Shown here: piece by piece, positions 13,816 to 29,542 of the stretch
Layout of the letters: every line of letters begins with the position of its first letter
Numbering within the stretch: position 1 is the stretch's first letter
Assembly (NCBI GenBank): GCA_001949185.1
Contig: BDGG01000004.1
Coordinates: forward strand, 2,257,620-2,321,619
Length of the DNA stretch: 64,000 bases
Direction: 5' to 3'
DNA from: Ramazzottius varieornatus
Lineage: Eukaryota; Animalia; Tardigrada
Notes under the pieces: generated by a model
Database searches by the model: none
The model's input: only the letters and a program-made list of their open reading frames with translations
What the model was told of the DNA's origin: nothing
Made by a program: the position numbers and the translations under genes

Positions 13816-14303
13816 TCAAAACAGCGCTCTAATCGACTCCCCAGTTATGATGAGTTCCTCGTTATTTGACATCCTAAAACTCGCAGCCATGATCGACAGA
13901 ATCCGTGCTTTTATTTTACAGATATTACAAGCCCAGGCAGATAGACGATGGTTAATCACGTCGTGTATAAGGATAGCGGAAGCCTCGGTTAGCAGACTGA
14001 AGGCCGCCGATTCCAAGTCTTCAACGAGCTCACACGTCTCTGCCTCTGTGAGGAAAGAGATGTCGAAGGTTGAAATTGATCTGGTTTTGCCGCAGTACCA
14101 TCTAAATCTAAATGGACTTGTGGTTGTGGTGTTGTAGGTGCGGATGATGCAGTCAGAGTTAAACGTGGAGGACGTATTAGAGGACAGGGCGGAAAAGGTT
14201 CGTACAGGCTCTCCACAACTTCAGGATTCATTACGGAATTTGTTATGTGGTTTGTGTGCCACGCGGTGACGCGGACTCTCCTGCGCTTTCCATAGCGTCT
14301 CAT
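13816..14303 (-). CDS. Possible unidentified gene divergent from importin-alpha
   Basis: ATG-initiated ORF 14303-13989 plus a helical ORF (ELVEDLESAAFSLLTEASAILIHDVINHRL) that can be joined by a GT-AG intron. No homology recognised. Confidence 0.25.
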
Positions 14304-15369
14304 AGACCAAGATCACTTTAACCTGAGAATGCTGAAAACCCTGTGACCGATTGTCCGAATTGCAGGTTCTTCATGACCGATGCAGAATACCATACGGGAC
14401 ACGGGGCTCGTGACGCAATTGCCCTTGTCTATTAGGTTCTGTGGAACTGAGATTCTCCGGATACTTATTTTCGTCAATAGGCCACGGGAGTAGTGCTAGG
14501 AGAAGATGGTAATAATTATAAGGGGTGTTTGGAACTGAGTTGTTTTTATCACTTTGCGAACTTCGGCAGTTGCATTTCATGGTTTTACTTCGGTTTCGAC
14601 CGCTGGTTGTTTTTTTTTACCTTTCTTTGAATGTGATAACTAGGTGTGCGAAGACATTTCTGTGTTGGACTTGCTCTTTTTCCGTGTGCGCGGCTCTCGT
14701 TTGCGGAATGTAGATTAAGAGCGAATTCACTCAAGCACAGTTTTTGCACAGCTACGCACGAACTTGAGCATTGGTGGTGAGAAGCCTGGTAAAGTCCATT
14801 ACGACCGGAAGGTTCAGCGCTGTGTACCCCATTATATTCGATCCTTCAGGTTTTACCGGGAACGAATCAGAGCCTGGAGCGTTCTGACTTCTGAGGTCTG
14901 AGAGAACGTATTCCCCGATCTCGCAATGATTAAAGCTGCGAGAGCGGCGAGACGAACATCGAAATTGCTAAGTGGAAAGCAGTAACACGGCAAGCGAAGC
15001 GGTTCAAGATCCGCTGGGCAAAATGATTACGTCAGCTCTGCATTTTGCACAAACATTCTGCCGCCTCGTATCGTTTGGTCCCAAGCCAACTGCGCCAGTG
15101 TGAAAACACTTGATTATTTTACCAAAACAAAATCGCGGATTCTCTGCTCTGGATCTTGCTGCTTCGAGGAGTTGGAGGATACCTTCTATCTATTTGAGAC
15201 TACTACACGAGGAGCACGGGAAGTCGTCCGTCTGAGGATCCAGAATCGCTTTAGGTAGGAGCATTTGTGTTGAAGATCCGGACTGTTCTCCTTATTTTTG
15301 CACATGCGAGTTGTGTTGTGGTCCAATTCGCTTCTCATCATATTCTTCACTATTCTTGGGTAGCTCATC

Positions 15370-17934
15370 ATGGCCAGCAATAACCTCCGTTCCAAGTACA
15401 AGCATACTGGTGTCGATGCCGGCGAAATGCGCAACAGACGAGATCAGCAACAGAACATACTGCGAAAAGACCGACGGGAAGAGCAGGTATGAGACAAATT
15501 CCCTGTCCGTAGTTTCCGAAGATTTGTGGAAGGTTGACTCTCTTCTTTTGCTCTTTCTAGTTGGCCAAACGTCTGAACATCAACAATATTGCGTCTTCCA
15601 CCGACGAGGACACCGACAATGGCATGGCTGCTGATGGCTCGGGATCAGCGCAAATCATGGTACGACTCTTCAACTGGCGTTATTTCGGTGGCCAGCAAGA
15701 ACTCTGTATCTCTTTCGCTAATCGGAGCTTGTCATTATAGACAATCAGCCCAGAGATGCTGGCTGACTTGATGGGGAACGATCCACAGAAGATGTTGAGC
15801 GCCACTCAGAATTTTAGAAAGCTGCTTTCTCGAGGTGCCGTCCTAGTAGATTTCTTGATTGCTCCAGTTAGATCTTGTGGACGAGTAGTGTACCGCATTA
15901 CATCAGTAACATTACGCACAGCAAAGAAGTGTTCTTTTACAGAGCCGAATCCCCCCATCGACGAGGTGATAAGTACTGGTATTCTGCCTCGTTTCGTCGG
16001 TTTTCTACAAGCCGAACAACAACCTCAGCTCCAGGTGAGTCAGTGATCAAAAGAGCGGATGTCTTGAAGACAGCACGAGATTTTACGTAAGACCGGTGGA
16101 GAAATTTGCTGTTTCTCTCGTAGTTTGAAGCAGCATGGGCATTGACAAACATCGCTTCCGGAACGTCCCAACAGACTCGTCGCGTGATCGACGCAGGTGC
16201 CGTGCCAATCTTCATCAAGTTGCTCCAGTCTCCTTCCGAAGATGTACAAGAGCAGGTTCGTTCACAACTTCACATTCCAACACTCCACTGTCTAGCTTTG
16301 AGTATCGGGCTTCATTGTCTTTATATTTAGGCTGTTTGGGCTTTGGGAAATATTGCGGGGGATAGCACTGAATGCCGTGACTTGGTTTTGAATGAAGGAA
16401 TTTTGGGACCGCTCGTTCAGTAAGCTTACTACCCCGAATTCCTTTCATATAGTTTCGGAAAGACAACCTCATGTCACAGCCCCTGTTTTTTACTTGCAGG
16501 ATTTTCAGCCGTTCAAAACGCTTGTCGATGATGCGAAACGCTGTTTGGGCCCTTTCCAACTTGTGTCGTGGGAAGAATCCCCAGCCCGATTTCCAGAAGG
16601 TAACCTGTGATGTAAAGGTTTAACAGCTTGTCGTGAAGCGTCCGATATACAGTAGCACCAGTAATGTGACCCATGTCTTAACTGGCTTCTGCTTTCAGGT
16701 GAAAGCTGCTTTGCCAGTCCTCGCTCGTCTGCTTTTCCATTCAGATCCCGACGTCCTGACTGACGCATGCTGGGCAATTTCTTACTTATGTGATGGTCCC
16801 AACGACAAGATTCAAGCTGTCATCGACGCGGGTGTTTGCCGTCGTTTGGTGGAACTTCTTGGGTTTGTGTAAATTCACCTGATTAACACAAGCTTCCGCT
16901 GAGTCCATATATGTAGTGCAGTCTAATTTATCTTGCAGACACGATGCGCAGAACGTTGTTTCGGCTGCGTTACGAGCTGTGGGAAACATCGTCACGGGGG
17001 ATGATCTGCAAACCCAGACAGTTTTGAACAGTGGCGTGCTGGAGCCACTGAAGCTGCTGTTGACTCGCACAGAAGTGAAGGAAGCCATTCGCAAGGAGGC
17101 GTGCTGGACACTGTCAAACATTACTGCTGGGAATCGTCAACAGATCCAGGTATTCTATCGCGCCGTCGAACATTTCGGCCAACTGACTCGCAGGAAATGA
17201 ATTGACAAGTCTCTTTGGGGTTAGTTTGCTATTATCGGCTTACTTGTTTCTAGTTCGTCATCGACGCCGGACTGGTCAGTATTCTAATTGAGATTTTGGG
17301 GAATGCCGACTTCAAGACCAGAAAGGAAGCGGCTTGGGCCATCACTAACGCTTTGTCTGGCGGCACCCCGGAACAAATTCAGTAGGCTTATTATTCCTCT
17401 TTGTACTCGCTTCCAAGACCTTGGGCACAATAAGGTGTGTCTTTCTGCAGGTTTTTCATCTCAAACGGCGCAATTCCACCGATGTGCGAGCTACTGGCCA
17501 GTACCGATGCTCGAATCCTGCAGGTCGCTCTGACGGGTTTGGAGAACATTCTGCGTGTTGGAAATATGCATCTGGACGAACAAGGATTGAACCCGAATGC
17601 TCTTCTGGTCGAGCACTGCTTTGGTACGTCATCAGCTGAACATTAACGTGATCATTTAGAGCCTATGTAGATTTTTTTTCTGGTTCTCGGAATTTCCGTC
17701 TTGTCTCACGTGGTCAAGATTAGCTGTGTGTTTGATTTTTTTCTAGGTCTCGAGAAGTTGGAAGCTCTTCAGGTCCACGAGAATCCGGAAATCTACCAGA
17801 AGGCGCTGGAGCTGATCGAAGTCTACTTTGGCGGAGAGGAAGAGGACGATAACAAGATTAACATTGCTGGCAACGATCCGTACGTGTTCCAGCCTGATTC
17901 TCAACAAGGTCCAGGAACCGGCTTTAACTTTTAG
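15370..17934 (+). CDS. KPNA6: Importin subunit alpha, alpha-1 class (KPNA1/5/6-like), about 11 exons
   Basis: IBB domain [24 protein letters not shown]...LRKDRREEQ|LAKR. ARM repeats: [97 protein letters not shown]-terminus [16 protein letters not shown]...GFNF*. Confidence 0.95.
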
Positions 17935-18554
17935 ACTGATCATAGTTGATCCTCATTGAAACTAGTAGAGATAGATATGCCGAAGCACGTTTTGCTGGTG
18001 CGTGACTTTTTTGTCAGATTTTATTAGACGTTTTTGGTACAATTCTACAGTCTTAGCTACACACGTTTTCCTTTGTTTGCTGAAGGCTTTGCTATTTCTT
18101 ACGAGTTAAACATGATCGAAAGTTTACCAGTGGGGTAGTGTGTGGAAGTTTCACGTACTCGTTGGTCCTCGGGAAAAGCCAACTTCGGGAGTTCGTTTGA
18201 CAGTCCCACTTACTTGATTTTCGAAAAGCGCGTTGTCGATGAAAAACTTTTGGCATTCTTCCGCTTCCAGCTGACCATCGTTCCACTAAAAACAGGCTAA
18301 CAAGGATACAAACTGTTTTATTAGAAAAACATAATGACTGTGTTCTCAAATCCCGAAACGGGATCAAAAAACCACCGGTCGAAACACCGGAGAAACAACC
18401 AAGACCTCATTCTTAATACTTTCTCATTTTAGCTCTGTAAAAATATCCATACGTTGTATAAAAACAGTACAAGCGTCAGGCATGATCACGAACACAAAAA
18501 GAGATCATTTTAAATGAGTTCAAATCTGCGTCATCAAAAATGTCTAGGATCTTT

Positions 18555-21500
18555 TCAGGTTCCTGCTGTCCGCGGTATCAGATCCCGACTTGCTCCCACT
18601 GCAGCACTATTCGTGCCGGAAGGCGACACCTGGACCTGAGGGTTACTTGACGCTTGGGAATTATTAGGAATTTGCCCGCTGGCTGCGGGCGACTGACTCC
18701 GGACTGACGAGCTCTGCAGAATGGCTAATGTTGCAGGGTTGATCTTGCCAGTGGGATCTATCAGACTGCAAAGGACCATGCCGCAGTGAACTTGGACCAT
18801 GCCATCACATAATGAACCGACACAACTTCCGGTCAGGCTACAGCGCACATCACACAGAGGCACGGCCTTGATGGAGACTCCATATCGAGACCGTGCCTAC
18901 CTGTGCCAAGGTTCTGCTTATACCGCACCTTCGGGATATTCAGGGCCGTAGCGGCCTGTATCAGACGGAAGAAACTTTGGGTAAACAACATTAACAATAT
19001 TTTGATTTGATTGTTGGGAAGCGTTGTTACCATAGTACTGCACATCCTTCATTACTGTACTCCCGCGATACACACGCCATACTTCCCTCTGTATTAGGAA
19101 AAGTAGTACTGCAAGTAAAAAAGTGACGAAGTGGCGGAAGATTCCTCTTTAGAGTACAGCTTTTCGACTGATTATTGATTCAATAAAGTTCAAATTTTCT
19201 GCCCCCGGGAGGTGCACATTCCTGACGTACGTACGAGTATGGCGTGTGTATCGCGGGAGTACAGTACTACCAGAACCGATTCCTACCAGTCATTATTTCC
19301 AGAAATGCAGAGTTTGGACATCGTGGCTCCAATGTACAACGCTATGTGACTTGTATTCACAAGGACATAGCGCAGCTTATGTTACGTTAAAGCTGGCTTA
19401 AGCCAACAAAGGCAAGTTTAGGCGCATCGATTGACGAAAGCGAGGATGAAACGGAAGAGAGCGACACCTGCGACGAGTTTGACGATGGCGACGATATGGA
19501 CTTCTTCGCCAGTCAAGACTAGCTCTTCGACCGCTAACGTGTGTATGATTGTTATATCATCATTTCTGTGCTTTACTTATGCTTACTAGTATTGTGGGGA
19601 TTATAGACTCAGATTTTCTTAACATCAGTTGAGCACGGTAGGCCAAAAAATTCTGATGTCGGTCGGGGTAGTCCTCGTACTCTTAGGCCGGGTACATTTA
19701 GTCGACTGGGTCGTTATATGTGACGAGGTCGTTCTGAAGAACTACGTAGACTTTGTAAACACTCAGAAAAACTAGTTGGTGTGGTAGACGAAATTAAGAG
19801 CAACCACGCAGCAACTTACTTGCTTTTAATAACTAGCGTTCAAAAAAGAATTATTGCCAACTGGGTTGGCCACCCACTGACTGTCATGATGATTTTGAAT
19901 ATTCTCACTGCTCGTTCCCTTCAAGCTCGAATACTTTCCATAGCTATACTGTTTTCATTCAACTTCGAGGAGAACGATAAAGATGCTGCGAAGGTTTCGG
20001 AGGCTGGCGGTCAGTGAAGGAAATTCAAGACAACAGTGGAGCAGCATGGGAAGTCCTTCTTGCAAGATGAGGTTGACACATACACATCCCATTCGTCTTT
20101 CGCTTTCCCCACGCCAAAAGAAACCAACAATCAACTGTATTTCACCAGTAAAAGCTCCAAGGAATAGCCAGTGATGGGAAAAAGATTTTTTTCAAAATAG
20201 TCAAGGTCGCAAGCCGGAAGCTGGACGAGCAATAGGAAGTTGGGTTGAAAGCTACTAGCCTCTTTTGGCTAGTAGATTTGGTAGGCACTTTATAGTGGAT
20301 GTGGTGGGCTACGCTGGTTGTCTACCCCGATGCCTTCACAAAGTCGACGTAGTTGACAACGAGGTCAGTTGAAACGTAGTAGAAATGACTCGTCTCATGA
20401 TTTTTCGACTTTCTGAACGATTTCTGGGTTGCTGTGAGTTACCCATCTCTTGGTTGGAAAAAGTCGCCTTTATGAACGTAGGTTCATCATAATCTTCCTA
20501 ACGACCTAGTACGCTAGCACTAAATGAACCCGGCCTTAGCCTCACTATAGCTCTCACTTATATATGAATCCAAGGTTTTTCTTTTCTTCCTTTGAAGTAC
20601 AACTACGTCTATGCGTAGAGTGTGACCGGTACGAGTGTCCGGAGCAGCAAGAAAAAGCTCACCAATCAATCAATCAAGATTATCAGGGACAGTTTGGACA
20701 GCTTTTCATTTGCAAGAACAATGACCGAATGAGCATGTCCACCAATCTGCCCAACGGTCAGTTATCCAGCCTTCAAGTTGATAGAAAGTGGGTTTTTGGG
20801 TTTTCCTGGTAGCCGTTGAACGAAAATGTTCGACGTAAGGGGACAAATTGGTACTTTTTCCAGTATCAATTCAGTGGGCAGCTTCCGGAGCCAGCGTTTG
20901 GATTCTGAAGGGTACTTTGAACAAATGTATTCCGGTATCAGTGCAGTTTTATGGCACCATAGTAGTTCATCAATCAAATCAAAATAATTGTATGTTTCAG
21001 TTTGAAGACCGTCCCATAACCAAAAGTTTCTTCCGTCCGATATACAGGCCGCTACGGCCCTGGGGATATTCATCAAACTCACCTCGCAGGTCTTGGTCCG
21101 CATAAAGTGACGAAAAAGTTCTTGAACATACTGCCGTGGGAGAACAGCTTGGCTGCCGACTGGTCAGCCGCCGGAAATCCGCCTTTGATCTGCAGACGGT
21201 TTAGAGTGAACCTTACTGATCGTGAACTTGTAAATTAAGGTCCCCGAACGACCAAGCCGGGATGATACTCACATCTTCGTTTGTGGTCATGTTGACCGAT
21301 ATCAAATAAGTATGGTATCCTACGAGACCCAGAAGGGACCACAGGGACAGGAAACAGACGATGGCTTCTATCAGTGAAGCCGGGGTCTGCCTGATGGTCT
21401 CCACAAATCCATTTGTCTGGGACCCTGTGTGCCAATCAAAGCTCAAACATGATTCGCGTCAATCGATAAATCGCTAATCCGTGACTTACGTAAGACCAAA

Positions 21501-22673
21501 TGTGCAACGTCACATCCGAAGATAAACACTGCCAGGAAAGACAATGAGACAATAAACATGTAAAAGAAGCGATAATTACGCTTCCCCACGCAGTTCCCGA
21601 CCCATGGACACTGAAAAACAACGCGTTATAATACATTATTGAATACAAACTTTACAATCAATGAAAAGGCTTCTCACGTGATGGTCGAAGTGATCTGTAA
21701 AAAAACCCGCGGTGAATTGAAGGCATACAAAAGGTAAGCTGCATTGCTACAGCGTTCCAAGTTCAATCGAAAAAAGTTACTGGCTAACCGAACGCGGATA
21801 AGACCAGCTCACGCTTTGTCCTCAGTGTTACGTTTGCTTACCTATACAGTTATCACAAATACTGCAATGCGAAGATCGAGGTGGACGAAAGAGCTTGCAA
21901 GTATGACACCATTTCAGCTTCAGTGTGTGTTCCTTCATGGTGACATCCAGGTATCTGGCAACGTTCCTGTTGGCGGTATTCTGGCTATCCCCGGGATGAG
22001 CAATGGAGTCTGCAATGAAGTATGCTACAAAAGACACATGCATGACAGATAAGATATTTTCCATACGTAAAATACGATGGCTTCAGAGCCCTTACATAGT
22101 CTGCTATCCCAAAACTCTTGCTCATCGTGCAGACTCCTCGGCATTATGCCCGGATCTGTGAACGCTGTTTTCATCAGCGTGCTGAAAGTGAAGGCGAACA
22201 GGATTCCGCCGACGATTGGAAACGCGATCGAGACGTTCGCAACTAGGTAAGGGCAACTAAAAAACAAAAGGGACTGGATTCAAAGGTCTGACAAAGTACT
22301 TTGACTCCCCGGCTGCAACGAGGATTCTGCTTACTCAAAGACAAAAAATAACACAGTTGTGGCAACAATCAGAACCAGTGTTAATACGAAGATCCCATAT
22401 TGATGAGAAAGCTGTAGCCTTCCTCCGCAATAAAACTTTGTTCGGCCTGGGAAGATCTGCCAGATTTTCTTAGCATCTGCAAAATAAAATGTAAGTTTAA
22501 GCTACAACAAATCATTACAGACTACAGGAAGACGACTTACCACTCGGAAACCGTCTGGTCACAGGTACAGTCACGGACGTTCCTCGACGAGGATAGTTCA
22601 AAGCAGGATTCGCAGGATTCGGACTAGCAGGGTTCTGGGGTTCTGTACCTCCATTCCGTGATTCCATCTGCAT
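18555..22673 (-). CDS. ZDHHC14: DHHC palmitoyltransferase, ZDHHC9/14/18 (approximated/Erf2) subfamily
   Basis: [17 protein letters not shown]; [11 protein letters not shown]; [25 protein letters not shown]|DHFDHH|[16 protein letters not shown]; [15 protein letters not shown]|IKG; LCGPRPA|SLID. The last intron is about 2.3 kb (about 18767-21082). Confidence 0.92.
19055..19264. mobile_element. Tc1/mariner/pogo-type MITE, 210 bp, TA target-site duplication
   Basis: Perfect 29-bp TIRs CTGTACTCCCGCGATACACACGCCATACT (19055-19083 and 19236-19264), each flanked by TA. Confidence 0.85.
19686..20535. mobile_element. Non-autonomous PIF/Harbinger-like element, 850 bp, TTA TSD
   Basis: TTA|GGCCGGGTACATTTAGT ... 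ACTAAATGAACCCGGCC|TTA (17-bp TIR, 1 mismatch). An internal inverted pair is also present: AACTACGTAGACTTTGT (about 19740) and ACAAAGTCGACGTAGTT (about 20338). Confidence 0.75.
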
Positions 22674-23077
22674 CGCTTAGTCGGCCAGTGGTTTAATGTC
22701 CAGGATTACAGGTTAGCTTGAATCTCAGTATGTCACCGAATCATTGTTCATTAAACTTCCGTAGCAAGATCACGTCCTTCAGTACGTTCCTCGTACCTCA
22801 TTCTTCAGGAAACCGTGAAACGTTGCCCAACACTGTCCTAGCGATCGATTTCAGGACAACCGATTGACAAGAGGTCCAAGCTGCAGAACCAAGGAGTCGC
22901 AGACGACTCGGAGCGAGGATAACAGGTCAACAAGATGTCGCTCTGATGGAGATTCTGAAGAGCATAAAGTTTTATGGATGACTGAATACTGAGTGAAAGC
23001 CATCATGACGTGATGGACGAGTGTATGTGAGATGTCAGGATGTTGGACAGTCAATACCTTACCTACTACTGCACCTA

Positions 23078-23410
23078 CGAGGGAAAGGTTGTAAAGTCAG
23101 CCACCCCATACCGGGTTTGTTAGCCGTCCAAGTTCGCCTGTTCTCTCCTACTTACTCCCAAACATTTATGGATAGATCGATAGATCAAATAATGGGCTAT
23201 CGAATAATCTTAGGTACAGTCAACGTGAAGATTCGGAAGCTTTCGTAAAGATTCGTAAGATTCCACGAGATCCGCAATTAAAAAAACGTTGAATCCCATG
23301 TTAAAAAGCGAAGACTGACAATCAAATGGTCAATCAAGCGATAGACGCTACAGCCGTGGCTAACTTTACAAACGCGGTATGGGGCAGCTAAGCTTACGAC
23401 CTTTACCTCG
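23078..23410. mobile_element. Mariner-type MITE, family copy 1
   Basis: TA|CGAGGGAAAGGTTGTAAAGTCAGCC...GACCTTTACCTCG|CA. Imperfect TIRs; colinear end to end with 38992-39309. Confidence 0.85.
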
Positions 23411-23542
23411 CAGTTGCATGTATGTCATGCAAACTCGTTGAACAATTACTTACTAGACTCTGCCACCAAACGTTTGCTGCCACTGTAGTGCTTTTGAACA
23501 AAACTTTTGAAGTTCGAACTCTTGTTCCACTTTTGCAGTTGT

Positions 23543-24664
23543 ATGGCGAAGGACCGTGTTGATCCAGCTAACCTCTGGTTTCAGCGGAAGCTTCGACGTT
23601 TCCACAGGATGGCCATCCCAACGAACAACGAAGTTCTGTACGGAGCGGCAGAACGGAAGTCTCGCTCCCTGCGAACCATCATATCATCCTCTTACCTTCT
23701 TCTGGTGCCGTTTACAGAAGACATGATGGACAAGTGAGTACGCTGTTTTCCACCCTCAAACGTTCAGGTGCTTTACCGTCTTCTACAGGTACTGCGGTTG
23801 GTTTCAAGACGATCACTTATGTCGGATAACTGGAACGGATGCAGCCATCATCAAAGATTCCTTCACAACGTGGACAACAGACCCTGCTAGTAAGCTTGTC
23901 TCTCACTGCACACAGCTTTTGAAATTCTGAAGCCTCACAACCATGAGCCATATCTCCCTCCTAGAAATCATGTTTATCGTCCTTGATCGAAGGAAGTATG
24001 AACCCGATAGGAAAGACGATGCGGTAGCAGCAATGATTGGTGATGTGAACCTGGTGATCAGCTTTGTGGAACCAGGAAGTCCGGACAGCCTCTCTCCGCA
24101 GAAATTACCAGCAGGGAGTTCGCTGCAAGAGGTTGAAGTTATGCTCATGCTTGCAGGTGCGTCTTGTCCGTTAATGTAAGTAGTCAGTAACGGCATGTCA
24201 CACTTGCCATACCAACCACATTTGCCTTTACAGAACCAGATTACAGATGTAAAGGTCTCGGGACCCAGATCCTCCACCTGATTATGCGGTATGGCCTCGA
24301 GGAGCTCGGCATTTCCGTTTTCAAGGTACGATGCTCACTTTCCCCGATCGTGAACAGTATTACATTCGGGGATAGTTTTCCAGAGTTTGGGAGTTTTGTT
24401 TTCTTCTAGGCTCACATATCGCGCGACAACCATCAAAGTCTACGGTTGTTCCAGTCTGCGGGGTACTCGCAGGTACTTCAAAGTTTTGACAAGATACATT
24501 TGGTCTATATAGCATGAAAAAGAGGTGGATTTTATCGCCTACAGACACACTATAGTGAGGTCTTCGGGGAGTACGCACTTACTCTGAACCTTGATTTGCG
24601 ATCCAAATCTGCTCTGATCGACAAAACCGACGCGATAGGTTACAGTCTACTGCTGGAAACCTGA
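23543..24664 (+). CDS. NAT9: GNAT N-acetyltransferase 9-like (start at 23543 or 23609)
   Basis: LLLVPFTEDMMDK|YCGWFQDDHLCRITGTD; FIVLD; MIGDVNL; EVEVMLMLA|EPDYRCKGLG; AHISRDNHQSLRLFQSAGY; SEVFGEYALTL...LLET*. Confidence 0.88.
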
Positions 24665-25721
24665 CACACGGCTAGGGACCTCACCGATTTCGTCCTGACT
24701 AGTATTTTCGTGATAGTTATCTTTCCAGACCTGTCGACTTTCCAACTTATCATTCTAACTGGCCTACGAATAACCCTTCTACTCTCAAGTCGGCTTGAAA
24801 ATTGCTGAACTCGAGAGACGTCTTGGTCGTGTTTGTCTTTGCTTTCTACCTGTACACATTGTTGATCTGCATGCAGCACGATAAACTTGACATTCTGGTT
24901 AAATATCGCCACAAGATTAATCGCCGTATTCCTCGTATAATGACGCGCGGAAAAGAACAACAGACCGAAGGTTGTACCACGCTAGACTGTGGGGGAAACG
25001 AGATGTTCACTGTCCTAAAGAATTTTTTGCGCTTCAAACGTCTTCCAACAAGCCATCCGGAAAAATAGCTCCTGCGTACTTTCTGAATGGCGAATGGTCA
25101 GCAGTTATAGTCATCAGGTTTTACATGTAGTCTTGCTGGTCGGTGAGATACGCATACCATCCAACGTCCACCAAAACACAAATCACAAGCAGGCGCAAAT
25201 ACCGGAGGGGCAGTAGAGAAGAAACGGCCAGAGAGATCAGCCATTACGAAGAGCTTTACGGGTATGGTGGCACTAAATGCAAACCCACTTTTCAGAAATA
25301 AAAGTCCATTGTCACATGACACATAATTCTAGTTGTACAGGAAAGCCCAGACAAACAAACCAACCCTTATAATAATGAATAATAGCCACCGATATTATCT
25401 GCAAGTAAAATGTAAAAGATCGCCAAATTAATTAAATTAAAATCTTTGGATAACGCAAACCATGCCGGTTAAAATGTCTATTGCACATCAGATAGTCTCT
25501 TGGGAGGATAATCTTTTTGGAAGTTTTCTCTTACGGACTTTGGCGTTCGGAGGTTGGACAAAAACAAGAAGATACTGAATTTGTGCAGGAAACAGCAACA
25601 AGAGAACGATACACCCACAGCACTGCAAAGAAGCGCCGCACCGTACAGCACCCAAACGGACATCGGTACTCTTTCTTCACCATACTCCCGTTCTAGCAGT
25701 GGACAAAATCATCCCACGCTC

Positions 25722-27869
<2,148 letters not shown>

Positions 27870-28865
27870 GTCAATTTTGTTGTTGAAGGCTTGCGAAGTG
27901 TTATCCGGGTATTGTAGGAGCTATCTTGCAGTTAAGATAGCGGAAATATCGGTTGCAATTTTAGAAACTGATAAGGCTAGCACCGCGGGGACAAACTCCA
28001 ATTACGGCAATATCCCACCGATGCAATACTCTACGCCGCAACTTTTGACAAATAGACCTTGGGTTCGGAAGAACTTGAGCGATGAGCTTCCCAGCGAGTT
28101 GATCAGGTGCAAGACCGGTCACCGAGGATACTGCAATACGAGTAACCTTAACCATCGACTGATGAGGCACGAGATGCAAAAAGATGCAGACTTATTATTA
28201 ATAACTTCGCTCTTACCTCAGATCTTCAAGCCGTGTTGTTTGGTCCGCAGTACGTGCAAATGTGGGATTCCAAGTTGAGATTCGGCTATGTAAAGATGGT
28301 GAATGAAGGATCAGAAAGAAATGAGACGGAGAAAATGTCTGCGTAGAAATCGATAGCTATTTTTTGCGTAGGCTCTTGTGGAGAGGCCGATTCGAAGCGA
28401 CGGAAGTGAATCCACATAGGAAGGACAGCCTGACTGGCTGCAGATTACGTTATGTTATATTGCCTACCGACGTCAGCATTACACTGGACCGCCCCTCCAT
28501 GCAATCTTTTGTACCATGATTATCAGATTTGATTGATAGACCGGCCTGCTGGGTCGGTCCACCCCGAAAACGCCGTGGGAGCGCCAAAAAGACAAATAAA
28601 TCAATAAAATCAGGGGATCGAGACGAGTTGGATCGACTGCGAATACGACCCTTTCACCCTCGGTGCCTTTTTGAGGTTGTCATCCTTTGAATTCTGGTCT
28701 TTACTTCAGTGGTCAAATCATTAGTAACCAGTCCACTACTTTCAGCTGCCTTCCCAAACTTCATGAACTCCGATACGCTCCTTTCAGTTTGTACTTACAC
28801 TATTCCAATAGCGAAGCCTGGCTGCCAGTGGCTGAGGACATCTGTAAGGGGATCTAGATCGGGAG

Positions 28866-29542
28866 ATGGACAACAGAGAAGCATCATCGGGAGATGCACC
28901 GGCCTTGACAGAGACACCTGCCTACGCTGAAATGGCCAGCCACTCCAAGCGATCCGAACCTGCTAACGATGACCCAAAGACACCTCTCGATCTTAGAACA
29001 GGTATAGAGTGTGCAGAACGGTGGCATATGCTCGCATACATCAAAGCGTATTAGTCAGCTGTTCTGCTGAACGTTGACGACAGATATAACAGTGGTTCAT
29101 GTGCGGAAGGACAGCTCTTTGCCGATCTCCCTGTCCTACAGTTGGTCAGGATTGCTACATCGACAACTTGTTATGTTTCTGCAGGATACCAGTACGGAAG
29201 CGCGTCGGTTGAGGAAGGATTCTACGGATCAACTGGTGACAGAACACCTCTCATCCAAGACTATGCTAACATTAGCGTAGTTGGCTCGTGTCCGGCGTGT
29301 CGAGTTGGTGTTCTTGATGACCACGTACGTAACATCTCTTTTGGCTCGGGCATCATGACAAGTGGTTTGAGAAGTGCCTGGGTCCGGCCGGATCGTACCC
29401 GATTACTTACGTCGGCTCTTTGTCCTTACAGTTTACATGCGGAGGTATCCTGTGCGCCATCTTCCTGTTTCCCTTGGGCATTCTGTGCTGTCTCGGATCA
29501 AGACAACGGCGGTGTTCGAACTGCCAAGCGGTATTCGGCTGA
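28866..29542 (+). CDS. BRI3: Brain protein I3 (BRI3, LITAF-like) membrane protein
   Basis: VVGSCPACRVGVLDDH|FTCGGILCAIFLFPLGILCCLGSRQRRCSNCQAVFG*. Confidence 0.92.

Noticed and set aside
13385-14137. 250-aa plus-strand ORF
   Set aside because: No recognisable domain and a non-ATG start. Probably the antisense shadow of minus-strand exons.
20762-21103. 113-aa ORF overlapping the ZDHHC exon end and reading into the last intron, as a possible alternative C-terminus
   Set aside because: It is in a different frame from the ZDHHC exon and no domain is recognisable.
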